NCBI GenBank assembly: GCA_964016885.1 | Contig: OZ024741.1 | Span: 192,448,001 to 192,512,000 of the forward strand | DNA: 64,000 nucleotides | Source of the DNA: Eledone cirrhosa | Lineage: Eukaryota | Direction: 5' to 3' | Part shown: positions 1 to 13,750 of the stretch, piece by piece | How the letters are laid out: every line of letters begins with the position of its first letter | How positions within the stretch are numbered: position 1 is the first letter of the stretch | Program-made: the position numbers and the translations under genes | The notes under the pieces: generated by a model | The model's database searches: none | Told to the model about the DNA's origin: nothing | What the model saw: the letters and a program-made list of their open reading frames with translations, nothing else

Positions 1-292
1 TTTTATGGAAGGACTGCAAGAATAGCTAATAGTGACATAGTTTCTGTTAAAATTTTTGTTATATTTATGATGATGGGGGAAATGTTTATCTACTAATTTA
101 AGGAATTATCTACCTACATTAGTTTTGAGTGCTAAAGAGAAGGGTGGTGTAAACCAGATTATTTTTATTTTCCTATTATTATGTGTAGAAGTATTAGAGA
201 GGTTAAAATATATTTAATTTGTTCTGTGAATCCACTATTTTTAAGGGCCTTATTATAGTAAGGGGTTGCTTTATTAAATATTTCTTCAGAAT
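1..292 (-). mobile_element. Penelope-like element fragment (RT C-terminal/linker region)
   Basis: Minus strand reads SEEIFNKATPYYNKALKNSGFTEQI, homologous to IFEEHAPYYNQALRRSGF (15406..16260) and YYNEALAKSGH (8366..9403). Confidence 0.7.
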
Positions 293-455
293 ATATATAT
301 ATATATATTATAAGAACAGATTAAGCAAAGAATCGCTGCTTTCACGCTTAACGGGATAAATAATCCTTATCGAGCCCTCTTCGTGTTTTAGTCTTCAAAT
401 TTATTATTACTATATATATATATAATATAATATAATATTACTATATATATATATA

Positions 456-543
<88 letters not shown>

Positions 544-1712
544 GTGTTCGGAAATCCCTCAATGCGTTGCTGGCTGGAATTTGCAGGTTATGGATTTATT
601 ATTAATTGATGACCAGTGGATTCCCCACGGAATTCGCAACAGTTCTGAACCGGCTTAGACGGGATTTTTGTATTCCGGTGGATTTTGTGCGCTAAACTAG
701 GAAGATACTGGCTGTTTCAATTGATGAAATTGGGAATAATCTAAGGGTTTTATATGTTAATCTGTTGATACAATAATTATACTGTTTTCATAGCTTAGGA
801 TTCTAGCTGGGAATGTTTTCTTACAATTGATCCTATGCGTGTGCTCCACTAGTTTCAATGCATGCATAAATATATACGATGGGCAAGTGGATGTGTGGAT
901 ACTGTAGTGGGGTAGTGGGGGATAATGGTGGTGACAGCGATTTAGTTTAAAATTAAATACGATGAAGATTATGGGAATTATAGAATATGAGGTTATGAAG
1001 TATAGAGCTCTGGCATATAAGGGTGGTTAAATGTATAATAATTGTGATATTGGTTGTTCTGATGGGTGAATAAGCGGTGACAGGGTGTTGTTGGTGTTAA
1101 GTACATATGTGAAATATATAAGATATATGAGGTATTAATAAACTTATGGAGATATAAAGGAATTAACTAAAATAAAGATTATGGAAATATAAAGAGTATG
1201 ATATTACATATGATGGTGATAGTGGTGGTGGTTATAAGGGTTTTTATCTTTTTGCAAAGTGAATCAGAATATATGTTCAGGAGCGGAAGCAGGTGTATTC
1301 ATATCGAATTTACTACGCTTGAGCATACTTTCCATTTTTTCATTTTATACGCGTTCCTTTTTCTATGCTTGAGCATACTTTCCGTTTTGTCGTTATAACC
1401 ATCCTCACAGTCTCAATTCACCTTCTAACATAGTCTGCTATTGAAATGTTAGTTCTTGTTTGAAAGAGCCCGTGATATACAGGCGAATCTCCAGAGTAAC
1501 AAGATTCGATATTTATTTTTAATAAAATGAATATTTAAACTCTACTTTGTCACATACGGATATATATATATATATACATTTATATAGATTTTGAGTTTAT
1601 GTTGGTTGTATACCAACACCTCAGTATGCAGGCTGGAGCACTCGACGAAGTGCGCAGGTTCTATACCATGTCTATACCATGTCTATACCATGTCTATACC
1701 ATACTAATTCAA

Positions 1713-1767
1713 ACTGCCTGAAGAGGTCACAGCCAAAGATGGCTGTCACTGAAATATATATAGCAGT
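1713..1767 (+). ncRNA. Minimal type-I hammerhead ribozyme
   Basis: Stem I ACTGC/GCAGT, core CTGAAGA (1718-1724), stem II with ACAGCCA/TGGCTGT, GAAA (1751-1754), palindromic TATATA stem III, AUA site, AATAAA immediately after. Confidence 0.85.
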
Positions 1768-1820
1768 AATAAACGAAGCTAAATTTTAATCATTTGACTT
1801 TTATTTAACTTTATTTTATA

Positions 1821-1863
<43 letters not shown>

Positions 1864-1865
<2 letters not shown>

Positions 1866-2216
1866 CGAAGGAAGTGTGGTAAGGAACCAGATGGACCATA
1901 ACGCACCAGAATACTCAATACTTAGGGTAGTAGAGAGGGTAATAGGAAAATGTTTAACCCCGACAGCAGAGCTCAAGCCGTTTCGACGGCTATTTCCACC
2001 CAGCTCAAGTTTCCTTACCCCCACCATGCGAAAACACAATATCCACTTCTCCACCAAGAACATCCCAGTTCCACTGAGAAAACTTTACCTTCGGATGCTC
2101 ACGCAGAAAAATCTACCTGTTTGCAAAAAAACTGAGATGTAGAACAAGAATTTTATTGGTCCAGAAATAGCCGTCGAAACGGCTTGAGCTCTGCCCTCGG
2201 GGTTAAACATTTTCCT
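1864..2216. mobile_element. Internally deleted PLE family-A mini-copy (inverted pLTR end + ORF start + pLTR end)
   Basis: 1864-1996 is a reverse pLTR tail; 2026-2140 encodes MRKHNIHFSTKNIPVPLRKLYLRMLTQK as in the 16991 ORF start; 2157-2216 is a forward pLTR end; flanked by (TA)n. Confidence 0.85.
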
Positions 2217-2350
2217 ATATATATATACCGTATGGCATAAATTCAGGCTGTTCAGTTTGTTTACAAACGAACAAAGCGGCGTTATAATAAGCGTCCGCTA
2301 AACTGATGCGTGCATATATGTATGTGTACCTGTATGTATATATGTATATA

Positions 2351-2466
<116 letters not shown>

Positions 2467-2887
2467 TATATGCATGCTACTGTACGTCTGTATACATATA
2501 TGTATGTACGTATACATACATACTTACATTTATATATATATATCAAACAAATGACAGGTCTGAGAGCCATATAAACAATTGAACCACTGATTCACAAACA
2601 GTGATAACAAATTCACAATCGTTCACAGATATACACTAATGTCAGTCACAGGAGGGGTGGAAATTGACATGAACTTGCCAAAAATTAGATATGCGTAGAA
2701 ACCAATAGACCTTGGGAATATTTGGCTTTCAGACAAATCTTTGGAAGATTATGGTGTCAACACAACTAGAATATTGATTAATGAAAATAATAAACTACAT
2801 TCACACACACAAAAATATATATTTATATGTATGCATATATATATATGTATATAAATATATTTACATATTTATCTATATATACATCTA

Positions 2888-3048
2888 TAACGAAGGAGGT
2901 GTGGTAAGGAACCAGATGGACCATAACGCACCAGAGTACTCAATACTTAGGGTAGTAGAGTGGGTAATAGGAAAATGTTTAACCCCGACGGCAGAGCACA
3001 AGCCATTTCGACGGCTTGAACTCTGCCGTCGGGGTTAAACACTTTCCT
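2888..3048. repeat. PLE family-A pLTR-end fold-back fragment
   Basis: Same sequence as 1864-1990, folded back at GACGGCTTGA...GCCGTCGGGGTTAAAC. Confidence 0.8.
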
Positions 3049-3051
3049 ATA

Positions 3052-3130
<79 letters not shown>

Positions 3131-3134
<4 letters not shown>

Positions 3135-4463
3135 TGTTTTCGACGGACCAACCCCTAAACAAGAAAGATGAACTGGTTACTGCACTGTAAACATAGATTG
3201 CGTAGGACTTACCTCGCCCTCAAACCCCATAATGACCCGGGGGGGGGGAGACTTGGGCTATAACACCCCACTTGCCGATTTTGCAATGGGTAACCCCTGC
3301 TTGCCAAGGGAGACGTAAGATCTTCTTTTTATTCTTTTATCGCTTCCTTTATTTCCTTCTTCCCCCCATCCCTCCTTAGTCCTTCTACCCCAGTTATTCT
3401 TCTTTGTCGGCGTCTTTTCTCGCCCACCCGAGGCTTCCCTTTGGCCCCTTGTAGCCTCAGTACCCCACCCCCTTCCCTAGTCTATGATAGATTTGGCGGA
3501 CTCCGCTTTTTATAGCAGTTGTGTTAGACCTCGGATACTTGCCCCCTTTTCCGATCGCTCCCACTATTTTCCGTGCCTTCTATATTTCTTAGTGGCACTT
3601 ATGCCTTATTTTCTCGTTTCAGTATTTCTTTCTTCTCTTTTCTTTTGGGCGGGGTGGATTCTGAATTTATTTTTCCGTATTCTACCTTTACTTCGTACGA
3701 ACTTTCATGTAGCTTGTATAAGATCTTTTAGAGTTAGCATTAGTATATATTTTTTTCGGGACTCAGAATTATTGTCTCTTACTAGTTTACTTTGCTGCAC
3801 TGGGTGGTTGCTGGCATTGTGCCCGGGATAGAAACCTTTATTATTTATTTCGTGGTAGTTTCTTTAGCATTTTGGCCCCATTTGTTGACCCGTCACCGTA
3901 TGATTTACGTACTTATACCTCTTAAAAGGGCCCTTGCCTATTCCGTCCCACCTAGTTTATTTACTTATTTCGTTATTTCTTTATTTCTTTCTTTATTTCT
4001 TTCTTCATTTATTTATTTATTTATCTAGCCTAACAATAGCTAGAGACTTAGGTCGTAGAACTTGCTTTTATACTTTTTTTTTCTTTACACTTATTCGCTT
4101 TTCATCAGTCTCAGTATTTTTTCTTTCATATATATATTTTTACCCCTCATTGTTCTACCTACCGTTCCGACTTCCTTCCCCCCCTCCCCAGTATCTTCTT
4201 TGACCTCATGCCCAGCTGTAGCTGGCACTACCAACGCATGATTGGGTCTACTCCACCCCTCCCCTTTTTCTCCTACTGGCAGGTTTAGCCACCATCTCCC
4301 CTACTAATTTGCAATCACAGAATTACTACTGACTCTTGACAATCACCATATATGGAATTACCCCTTGAGAAGCTCGGCTATTTAAATACCAGGATAAATT
4401 TTCATTTAGTCCAGAATTAGCCGTCGAAACGGCTTGAGCTCAGCCGTCGGGGTCTTACTGGTT

Positions 4464-4467
<4 letters not shown>
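3131..4467 (+). mobile_element. 5'-truncated PLE family-A copy (end of GIY-YIG ORF, 3' UTR, pLTR)
   Basis: Starts MLFSTDQPLNKKDELVTA (cf. MLFTTDQLLNKKDELVTA in 14825..15511), colinear with the reverse complement of 13641-14950, ends GTTCCTA into (TA)n. Confidence 0.9.
4360..4453 (+). ncRNA. Hammerhead ribozyme, U3-A8 core variant (PLE-A pLTR)
   Basis: Stem I ACCCC/GGGGT, core TTGAGAA (4365-4371), stem II CGGCTA/TAGCCG with a long loop, GAAA 4426-4429, stem III ACGGCT/AGCCGT with GAGCTC palindromic loop, GUC site 4446-4448. Confidence 0.8.
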
Positions 4468-4542
<75 letters not shown>

Positions 4543-4710
4543 AAGAATTCATATCTAGTAACATATATATACATACAGATGCATATCAATGCTAGCAAAT
4601 ATATAGGTTTTGTCTTAATAACATTGTGGTTCAATGCATGGGGTTGCAGAACAATAATATAAGAGACGTAAAATAAGAAAATTATTTTACGTCTCTTATA
4701 TATATATATA

Positions 4711-4867
4711 CGACGGCTAATTCTGGACTGAGTCCAGAATTAGCCGTCGAAACGGCTTGAGCTCGGCCGTCGGGGTCTTACTGGTTCCTATTACCCACTC
4801 TACTACCCCAAGTATTGAGTACTTTGGTGCGTTATGGTCCACCTAGTTCCTTACCACATTTCCTTCG

Positions 4868-4870
<3 letters not shown>
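4711..4870. repeat. PLE family-A pLTR-end fold-back fragment
   Basis: CGACGGCTAATTCTGGACT-G-AGTCCAGAATTAGCCGTCG hairpin, then the pLTR tail ending CCTTCGTTA into (TA)n. Confidence 0.85.
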
Positions 4871-4947
<77 letters not shown>

Positions 4948-4969
4948 GTATGTAATGTATGTATGTATG

Positions 4970-5350
4970 ACACTAACATCACAACTTGAGAGGAGATTGG
5001 ATGGCACATATACCCGCCTCTTAATGAGAGTGCAAAACCTATCCTGGAAACGACATCCCACCTTGTCTAAAATCTATGGCAAACTCCTTCAAGCCTCTGC
5101 CCTTCTAAAATCCCGGAGAGCTCAATTTGCTGGCCACTGTCACCGTGCCAGCAATGAAATTATATCCGCTCTCTTGCTCTGGAACCCTGACTCCAGCCTG
5201 ACTAGGAGTAGGAAGCTGTCATTCCCTGACGTTATCTCTAGGGATACGGGAATCAGCAGACAGGACCTGGGGGCAGCGATGGGGGACAGGGAATTCTGGG
5301 GCATGAGAGTGAGATCCATCATCTCGACAGTAGTCGACGAGTGGTGGTGG
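4970..5350 (+). mobile_element. RTE-type LINE 3' fragment
   Basis: RLDGTYTRLLMRVQNLSWKRHPT...FAGHCHR, typical post-RT region of RTE-group LINEs; similar to 23224..23892. Confidence 0.75.
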
Positions 5351-5932
5351 TGGTATGTATGTATATGAGATGTATGGATATATGTATGTGGGAGAGATGA
5401 CCCCTTAGCCTTTGTCAAGGCAGAATTCTAGTAGAAGAAAAACTCTGATATAACACCTGCAACCCTGATGGTATCCAATGACGTTGACTTGTTCTTCTTT
5501 TTGGTAAATATCATCTTGGTTAAGAGAGTGGGACTGGCTTTGTGCAGTGCCTTTGCTCACTATAAAAGCTTCACGGCACAGGCATTGCTTTATATCTGGA
5601 GATCTCTCTGCACTTGTCGTCACATGGTACCATGGGCCCAGCACTATGTGTCAATAATTGTCACAAGTGTAGTGTTTGTACCAGAGTTTTCAAGTCGCTG
5701 GCTGGACTAAAAAGTCACACTCGTTCAGCGCATCGGTAGGGGTTCTCCTACATGGATATAAAGTAGTGGCCGTACTCACGAGTTGGCAGCTACCATGTAT
5801 GTATATATAAAAAAAAGGCTCGATTGACTTTCGTCAAATCGGACCGAGGAAACAATGTTAACGTCGGTCTTTCCAGTTGCTATTACTATCTATCGGTCGC
5901 AACTCCAGGTAGAAGGAGCAACATGAAATAAA

Positions 5933-5995
<63 letters not shown>

Positions 5996-5999
5996 ATAG

Positions 6000-7699
6000 T
6001 TAAACAAGGATCACAAACTTGAATAAGGATCACAAAAGAAACTTTGAGGAAGACCTGCCAGTTAGACTGATTGCTCCATCTAAATCGGATATTGGCGAAA
6101 TCAGTAAGAATATTATTGATAGAATTCTACCTATTCTGAAATTGAGGTCTAAATTGAGCTTATGGAAGGACACTAATGAAGTGATTGAATGGTATAAAAA
6201 TATAGATAAGAAAAACCATAAATTCATCCAAATGGACATAACAAGCTATTACTCTTCCATTACGCCTAACCTACTAAATAAGGCTTTATCCTACGCTTAC
6301 AAACATGCAGATCTAACTACGGATGAAATCGATATCATATTAACTGCTACAAGAACTCTAATTAATTTCAACAATGAGTATTGGACCCGCTTAGATAGAA
6401 ATAGAAACTTTGACATTACCATGGGATCATCGGACTCAGCGCAAATCTTCTGGGGATTTTCATCTTAAATATGGTAAATAGAAAACTGCCGGAGATTACC
6501 GGTGGTTTATATAGGGACGATATTTTATTGACGGTTGTCAAACACAGCAATACAGAACTAAATAGGGTTAAGAAAAATATAATTGAATTCTTTAAAAATT
6601 ACGACCTTAAATTAGAGGTTGAAAGTGGTACCAAAATAGTTAATTTCCTTGATGTTACTCTTAACTTAAACTCTGGTTTTTATTACCCTTTCCATAAGCC
6701 CAATGAAAACTTAAATTACGTTAGTTATTACTCTAATCACCCTAAATCTGTGAAAAAATGCAATTGTCAATAGTGTACAGAAACACATAACTAGAATATC
6801 TGCTAATAAATCAATATTTGATGAAAAAGCAGGATATTACAATGATGCGCTAAGAAAGGCAGGTTATAAAAATAATATAGAATTTATAGACAATAATAAT
6901 TCGAATCTTAAACCTGATAAAAATAATAATAATATGACTGGCATGTATAAACGAAATTCTAAAAATTATAATTCAAACACCTGTACTGTGAATAAATCGG
7001 GGAAAAACCCAGAACTAAATCAGTTATATGGTCCCCCCCCCTGCTTATGTAGCAGTAAAAACACCACTAGCTAATCTATTCTTTAAGGCTTTAGATAATT
7101 CCTTCCCTAGTCAACATAAATACCGTTCCATATTTAATAGCCACACAATTAAGCTTTCTTATTCTACAACTATGAATATGGCCCAAAACATCGCTAAACT
7201 AAATAGTAGAATTCTAAACCAAAATCAGCATAATAGTGTTAATATAAATAATAATAAATCGAAATGTAATTGTAGAAATAAACCTCTGCAAAATAATTGT
7301 CTGGATAGAAATTTGGTGTATAAATGCACCGTAAAAGAAAATAACATCACATACAACTACATAGGGGCAACTTCTTCGACATTTAAATCGAGATTTGCGA
7401 ATCACAAATACTCTTTTTCGAATCCTAATAGGAAGCTGTCGACTTCTTTATCACAACTTATATGGTCATTAAAAGACAAAAATTTAAAATACTCGATTTT
7501 TTGGACGAAGCTATGTAATAGTAGAATCTACTCGAATTCGTCTATATCAACTAACTGCAACCTCTGTACTAAGGAGACCCTATTAATAATTACTAATTAT
7601 GAAAACTTAATTAACAAAAAAAGTGAATTATTCTCAAACTGCCTTCATAAAGCTTTGTCTACATTCCAAGCCTCGCAAAAAGTCAGGAAAAAACACTAA
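6000..7699 (+). pseudogene. Frameshifted PLE family-B RT + GIY-YIG ORF
   Basis: KDHK...VRLIAPSKSDIG, FIQMDITSYYSSI, FDITMGSSDSA, GLYRDD, NFLDVTL, then CNCR linker, LVYKC..YNYIG and CNLC..LINKKSE..CLH across ORFs 6019, 6471, 7028. Confidence 0.9.
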
Positions 7700-8367
7700 A
7701 CAAACAGGTTTTAATTTTTGACGTCTCTTATCAACTGTTGTACCTAAAACGTTATAACAGTTTATAAAACTTTAATAATACTTTATTTTCTAATCATTTA
7801 TGATAGAATTAATGTTAGAATGAAGGGTCCTGTTTAGGTATATAAACATATTATTTGTTAACTTGTTCTCTTGATGAATATGCACACCTTTGGATTATTT
7901 TAGATATTTATAATTTAGAATCGGATCCTTATATATATTTGTTTTTGTTTTAAATATATAATTTGGATATATAACTTGTAAGATTACCGGTTATAATTGA
8001 ACCGTAAATCATTCATGCATTTATATATTTTACTCATTTTGGGTATGTTTTGGGACTCAGAAAGTTAGATTTGCACATATATATTTTTATATATATTTAG
8101 GTATAAATATCACAAATCATACTAGTCGACAAATATTGGTCTCTCTTTCCACTGAACTACAATGATAATGTTTCTGATAAGGTAAAACTACAATGATAAC
8201 GTTTCTGAATTTGTTTAGCAAGATTCTTTATCTGAAAACGTGTGTTGAAACCGATATTGTTATACTTTGGGTGGGTCATGTTGCCAATAAGAAACACACG
8301 CACCAGTTGCTTTCACTTCAATTTATTATAATAAATTTATAAATTTAGGAATAGTTGTTTATATATT

Positions 8368-8410
8368 GTCAAAGTTCTTTCGTCACACATTCTGTGACCT
8401 CTTCAGTGAC
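8368..8410 (-). ncRNA. Minimal hammerhead ribozyme
   Basis: Minus strand GTCA CTGAAGA GGTCACA-GAATG-TGTGAC GAAA GAAC TT TGAC; same family at 46059-46101 (-) and 46243-46285 (+). Confidence 0.7.
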
Positions 8411-8471
8411 TGGGGATTATTTTCTTTGTTTTTTGTGCCTCTCCTTTGTTCTGTCCTACGCCATTTTGGCG

Positions 8472-9556
8472 AAACCATATTTAACAATAATTCACAATAC
8501 TATAATGAGGCCTTAGCTAAATCAGGACATAAGAATGAGATTGGATTCCTACCTATAAAATCACATAGTTACAACATTATTTCTTATAATATGGCCATGA
8601 GGAAAAATAGCAAAAACACTAGCCACTATAACTCTAGGACGAAGGTTAATACCAAACTTAACTCGCACCAAAGTAAACACCACAATAATAATATAAACAG
8701 GGATATAAATACCTCAAAAAACAATACTATAAACAAAAATAGAAGGAGAACTAATACATTCTTCAATCCCCCTTTCAATCTAAACGTCTCTATCAGCTTA
8801 CCTAAGGCTTTCTTTTCAATCTTAGAAAAAAACTTCCCGACCGGCCACAAGTACCACAACCTTATTAATAAAAATACAATTAAAATATCGTACTCCACCA
8901 CACCTAACATAGCATACCATATAGCTAGTAGTAATAAAAGGAAGATTAATAATTATTTCGAACTAATTAAAACACAACAGGAGGTCAACTTAGTACATGT
9001 AAACAATAGTAGTAATAATAGTAATAATGATAATAGCACTAATGAAATCAATAACAATACGAATGATAGACATCATTACCCTAGTGCTATCCCTAGCAAC
9101 CAGAATTCTTCACAACATAGGAACCGGCAAGCTAACACCCACAATAAATGTAACTGTAGAACTAATAGAACTTGCCCCTTAGGTAATAATTGCTTAACCA
9201 AAGACATCATCTACTCATACACCTTCAACGCAAACAACTCTTCTAAAACATATATCGGCTCTACTTCGAACAACTTTAGGACGAGATACAACTCGCACCT
9301 CCACTCTTTCAAGAAACACAATCTAGTCAACTCCACTTCTTTATCTAGCTACGTACACTCTCTGAAAACTAGGAATAGACATTTACATTGCAATGGGAAG
9401 TAGTAGGTAGGGCCTCATCGTATAAACCACCGAATAAATTGTGTAATCTCTGTCTTCTTTCGAAACCAGACCTCCTTAATAAAAAGTCGGAGACATTTTC
9501 CTCGTGCCAACACCGATACCGGCACTCTTTCCATAACTTTAAACCTAGCTGTTAGT
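8472..9556 (+). pseudogene. PLE family-C C-terminal fragment (Asn-rich linker + GIY-YIG)
   Basis: FFNPPFN, NTIKISYSTTPNI, CNCRTNRTCPLGNNCL, IIYSY..KTYIG, later CNLC..LNKKSE..CQH. Confidence 0.88.
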
Positions 9557-10869
9557 ATATATGTCAGATTTGAATTCTCCACCACCTTTAACACTTCACA
9601 TCTAGGATTTATCAGCCCCCACGACTACACACTCTTTTATCAGCTCTTCCCTCTACACAACTCCTATGTACCTCTAACCTTATACTCTGCAATAACTGTT
9701 AGAATTGAACATAAAGTTACCACCTTTTGGTATAACTAGTATAGCTTAATTATATTATATAAAGTAATGGATATTTAATATATAGAGACATTTAATGTAA
9801 TATGTAATAATAAACTATATAGACATTTGTGTAATTAAATACTTAAATTAATAACATGTATATAAGAGATCTACCTTTAACACAATGTAGTAATAATAAA
9901 GTATATATACATTTATATTTAAATATATAATGTAATAGCATTGTATGCATGGGATTAATTTTTAAATAATAATGTATATTGTTGCACAGGTGATATATCT
10001 AGTTAAACATGTAAACAGCTATTTTCCATAACATATATCTTGTCCAGTAATGAATGGATAACAAACTTAAGGGACCTTTATAATAAAGCACACTGTGTTT
10101 AAAATCAAGTATAAATGTATAGCATTATGTAATATAGATTCTATTGTATCACATTATAATGTGTATTAGAGCAAAGATTTTGAATAACTGAATTTAATTA
10201 GCTAGTTACCTCTCCTTACGCATTAGCTCCTCTTACTCACTTCCGGATATTTTAACCGTTAGAAAACCTACCTGTTGAACTAATGTAGTCCATGTATATG
10301 AATACAATAAGACTAATTTACAATCCATTGCTTTAACTAACTTAAACATTCAATATAAACATAAACTGAAATATAATTCAACATATGTAATGGAAGAGAC
10401 TGCAATAACTTTATTCTCCTCAACACACACAAATTCAGACATTATCAACAAACTACGCCCACGTTAGATTTTAATACACTACATTTTTGCTTAAAATACA
10501 GTATTTGCTTAAAATACAGTATTTATTTATCTATATATGCATAATAACTTTGCTTATTTCCTTCTCATATATATGTCTAACGCATGTGCACTTTCTACAT
10601 ACCTGCATATGTATTGCTAATGAACTCAAGCTCCTTTCACAATGCCTCTTTAATTATTGGACTATTCTCTTGTATTATCTGTTGCATGTATTCCACTCTG
10701 TGCTTTTAATTTTAATTTTAATTTTAATTTTTGTACAATTATCATAAAATATATGTCACATCCATTCCACCCTGTAAATACGAAACTGTTGCTCACAACA
10801 TCAATATATATGTATCTACATTATTGTTCAGTTGAATAGGAGGTTAATTACATGTACAAACATTGATAA

Positions 10870-10916
10870 TGCTCCGATAACCCCAAATGAGAGTTTGGAA
10901 GAAACAATTGTCAGCA
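10870..10916 (+). ncRNA. Hammerhead-like motif with CCGATAA core (3' end of PLE-C)
   Basis: TGCT CCGATAA ..CCAAA-TGAGAG-TTTGG.. GAAA CAATTG TC AGCA; downstream 10970-11030 matches the reverse complement of 60670-60730. Confidence 0.6.
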
Positions 10917-11091
10917 ATTAAGTGATTTGAACACAAGTTTGATAATTGTATAATTTATTTATTATTTTCCTGCTCTGTAAAACAACTGATGTTCATACAT
11001 TGAGCTATTTCTCTTACTGGTAATAAGGTAATAGGAAATTACTGACCTTCCTGATTATAGTTGTTTATACTATATACATAACTATAAATAG

Positions 11092-11471
<380 letters not shown>

Positions 11472-11476
11472 TATAC

Positions 11477-11537
<61 letters not shown>

Positions 11538-11560
11538 CACACACATATATATATATATAT

Positions 11561-11830
11561 GGTGGAGGCACGTGGCCTAGTGGTATGAGTGTTGGAGTGT
11601 TGGATCATAATGTCGTGGGTTCGATTCCTGGGCTGCGTGTTGTGTTCTTGAGCAAAACACTTCATTTCACGTTGCTCCAGTATACTCAGCTGAAAATGAG
11701 TACCAGCAATAGCTGGAGGTTTAAACCCTGCGATGGACTGGCGTCCTGTCCAGGGGGGAGTCTAATACTCTCAGTCGCTTCACGCCATGAAACCGGGATA
11801 AGCACCGGCCAAATGAGCCTTCTGGCTTAA
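11561..11830 (+). mobile_element. tRNA-derived SINE (V-domain-like body)
   Basis: A box TGGCCTAGTGG, B box GGTTCGATTCC, CCCTGCGATGGACTGGCGTCCTGTCCAGGGG resembling the V-SINE domain, LINE-like tail GAAACCGGGATAAGC. Confidence 0.75.
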
Positions 11831-11866
11831 GACAGACTTTAGACTTTTTATATATATATATATATA

Positions 11867-12577
11867 TACTTGGCGTAGCAATGAAGTCTTTAGAATAACC
11901 CTTTAAATGAAAATGCACAACATATTGAAACTAAAATGTATTCATTCTGCAAAACATAATTGCAAAACATTTAACTCTTTCTGGAACCGTTCATTCGGCA
12001 ATCGTCGAAATCAGTGCGACGATTCATCCACCACCTCTTCTAATGAAGTGAAAACAAATTTTCTTTGTTTATTCTGTTTCTTTGTTTATTCCAGTAACAT
12101 GTGCAATGCAACGCAATGATTGTTTTGGTTCTGCATCAATGATACTTTGAATAAGTTGAATGTTGGCATGAGTAGTGGTTGTGCAAGGATGGCCAGAACG
12201 AGGAGCATCAATAAGTGATGTCCTACTGCCATCTTTGAATTGTTTCACCCAATGATAAATGGTTGAATTTGCTAGAACGTTGTTAATTCCACTCTCCTTC
12301 AATTGTGCAATAATATTTGTTGCTGATTTGCCTCGTTTCTATTTAATGAAAACATATGCTCTAAAATGTCCCTGACTTAAATCCATTCGATGTATGCATT
12401 ATAAATTCACAAGAATGACAACAAAATAATTATGCATGGGCCTGTGACAAAATACAGCATTCATTAGAATATCACACGTGTACAACTAAGTTCAAATTCC
12501 AACTAATATTAACTATTTTTATTGCTATATACAGCACACAACCTACTATTCCAAAGACTTTATTGCCACGCCAAGTA
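11867..12577 (-). mobile_element. Internally deleted Tc1/mariner transposon
   Basis: TIRs TACTTGGCGTAGCAATGAAGTCTTTAGAATA / TATTCCAAAGACTTTATTGCCACGCCAAGTA flanked by TA; mariner HTH remnant TIYHWVKQFKDG..LIDAPRSGHP. Confidence 0.88.
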
Positions 12578-12726
12578 TATATATGTATCATATTATATAT
12601 ATGTACCTATAATCCCTCTCTGTAGCTATGCTATGTCAAGATGTGTAAATTGTCCACATTGCTCTGGACCTGAATATCCTCCAGAGGAGACTGTTCAGAC
12701 AATTCTCGTCGACGTCCAGAGCTGCT

Positions 12727-12895
12727 CCTAAGCCATCGTCGCTCATACACTCCGACAATTCATTATAGACCTAAGCCATCGTCGCTCATACACTCCGACA
12801 ATTCATTATAGACCTAAGCCATCGTCGCTCATACACTCCAATTCTTTATAGAATCAAGCCACCATCGCTCATACACTCCGACAATTTTTTATAGA
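12727..12895. repeat. 43-bp tandem minisatellite, about 4 copies
   Basis: CCTAAGCCATCGTCGCTCATACACTCCGACAATTCATTATAGA at 12727 and 12770, diverged copies at 12813 and about 12853. Confidence 0.9.
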
Positions 12896-12960
12896 ACCAC
12901 CAATTCTTTTTAAAAAGCAGTGTTGTTTTCCGGCTGCCTCTCGCGCTGTCCAGTTCTCTA

Positions 12961-13146
12961 ATAATTGTTTCTACTTTAGGCACAAGGCCAGCAATTATCC
13001 AGTGCATTACTGGTACTTTATTTTATCGACCCCGTAAGGATGAAAGGCAAAGTCAACCTCGGCGGGATTTGAACTCAGATCGTAAAGGGACGTAACTATG
13101 CTGGAAAGCATGGCGTCCGACCCTCTACCGATACTGCCAATCCACT
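12961..13146 (-). mobile_element. tRNA-derived SINE, major family of this window
   Basis: Minus strand TGGCAGTATCGGTAGAG...GAGTTCAAATCCCGCC (B box)...GCCTTTCATCCTTACGGGGTCGATAAAATAAAGTACCAG...GTAGAAACAATTAT; many near-identical copies in the window. Confidence 0.88.
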
Positions 13147-13485
13147 CTAATAATAGCTACTTTTTTTAGGCATAAGCTCAATAATTTTGAATGGAGGTGA
13201 ACGTTGATAGGATGTTACAGCGAAGATTAGTATAACCATTTGTAAAGATTATAGAGTGACTGGAAAGAGATATAGATTTTTGGGGTGGTGTGGGCGTGTA
13301 CACATTGAGTGGTGAGATAATTTAGTGGGATAATTGGGGGAAATAGTGAGGGAGGCTAGCTATATGAATAGTTTATAGTAATAGTGTGTGTGATATATGA
13401 CACGACTGTGAAATAGTGTTGAGACAATATGACATTTTAAGTATCTTACTAGCTATTTTATATTAGATCTAAGTAGACTTTACGT

Positions 13486-13644
<159 letters not shown>

Positions 13645-13654
13645 AACGAGTAGG

Positions 13655-13750
13655 ACCACGACGGCTGAGCTCAAGCCGTTTCGACGGCTAATTCTGGACT
13701 AAATGAATATTTTAATCCTGGTAAATGAATAGGCGAGCTTCTCAGGGGGT
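13655..13750 (-). ncRNA. Hammerhead motif in 3' pLTR (C3/A8 core)
   Basis: Minus strand ACCCC CTGAGAA ... GAAA CGGCTTGAGCTCAGCCG TC GTGGT. Confidence 0.65.

Noticed and set aside
325-385. Possible TCGATAA...GAAA motif on minus, related to 34860-34960
   Set aside because: No convincing stem I or NUH site by eye
5400-5800. Possible host exons at 5400-5800, 26560-26900, 47290-47570 and 51760-52500
   Set aside because: Interrupted frames without clear splice signals; they look like decayed LINE 5'/endonuclease regions but are too degenerate to name
11561-11632. tRNA gene
   Set aside because: A and B boxes are present, but there is no proper cloverleaf and it continues into a SINE body
12727-12895. 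Possible CRISPR-like array (also 49196-49395)
   Set aside because: Head-to-tail repeats without unique spacers, eukaryotic context, no cas genes
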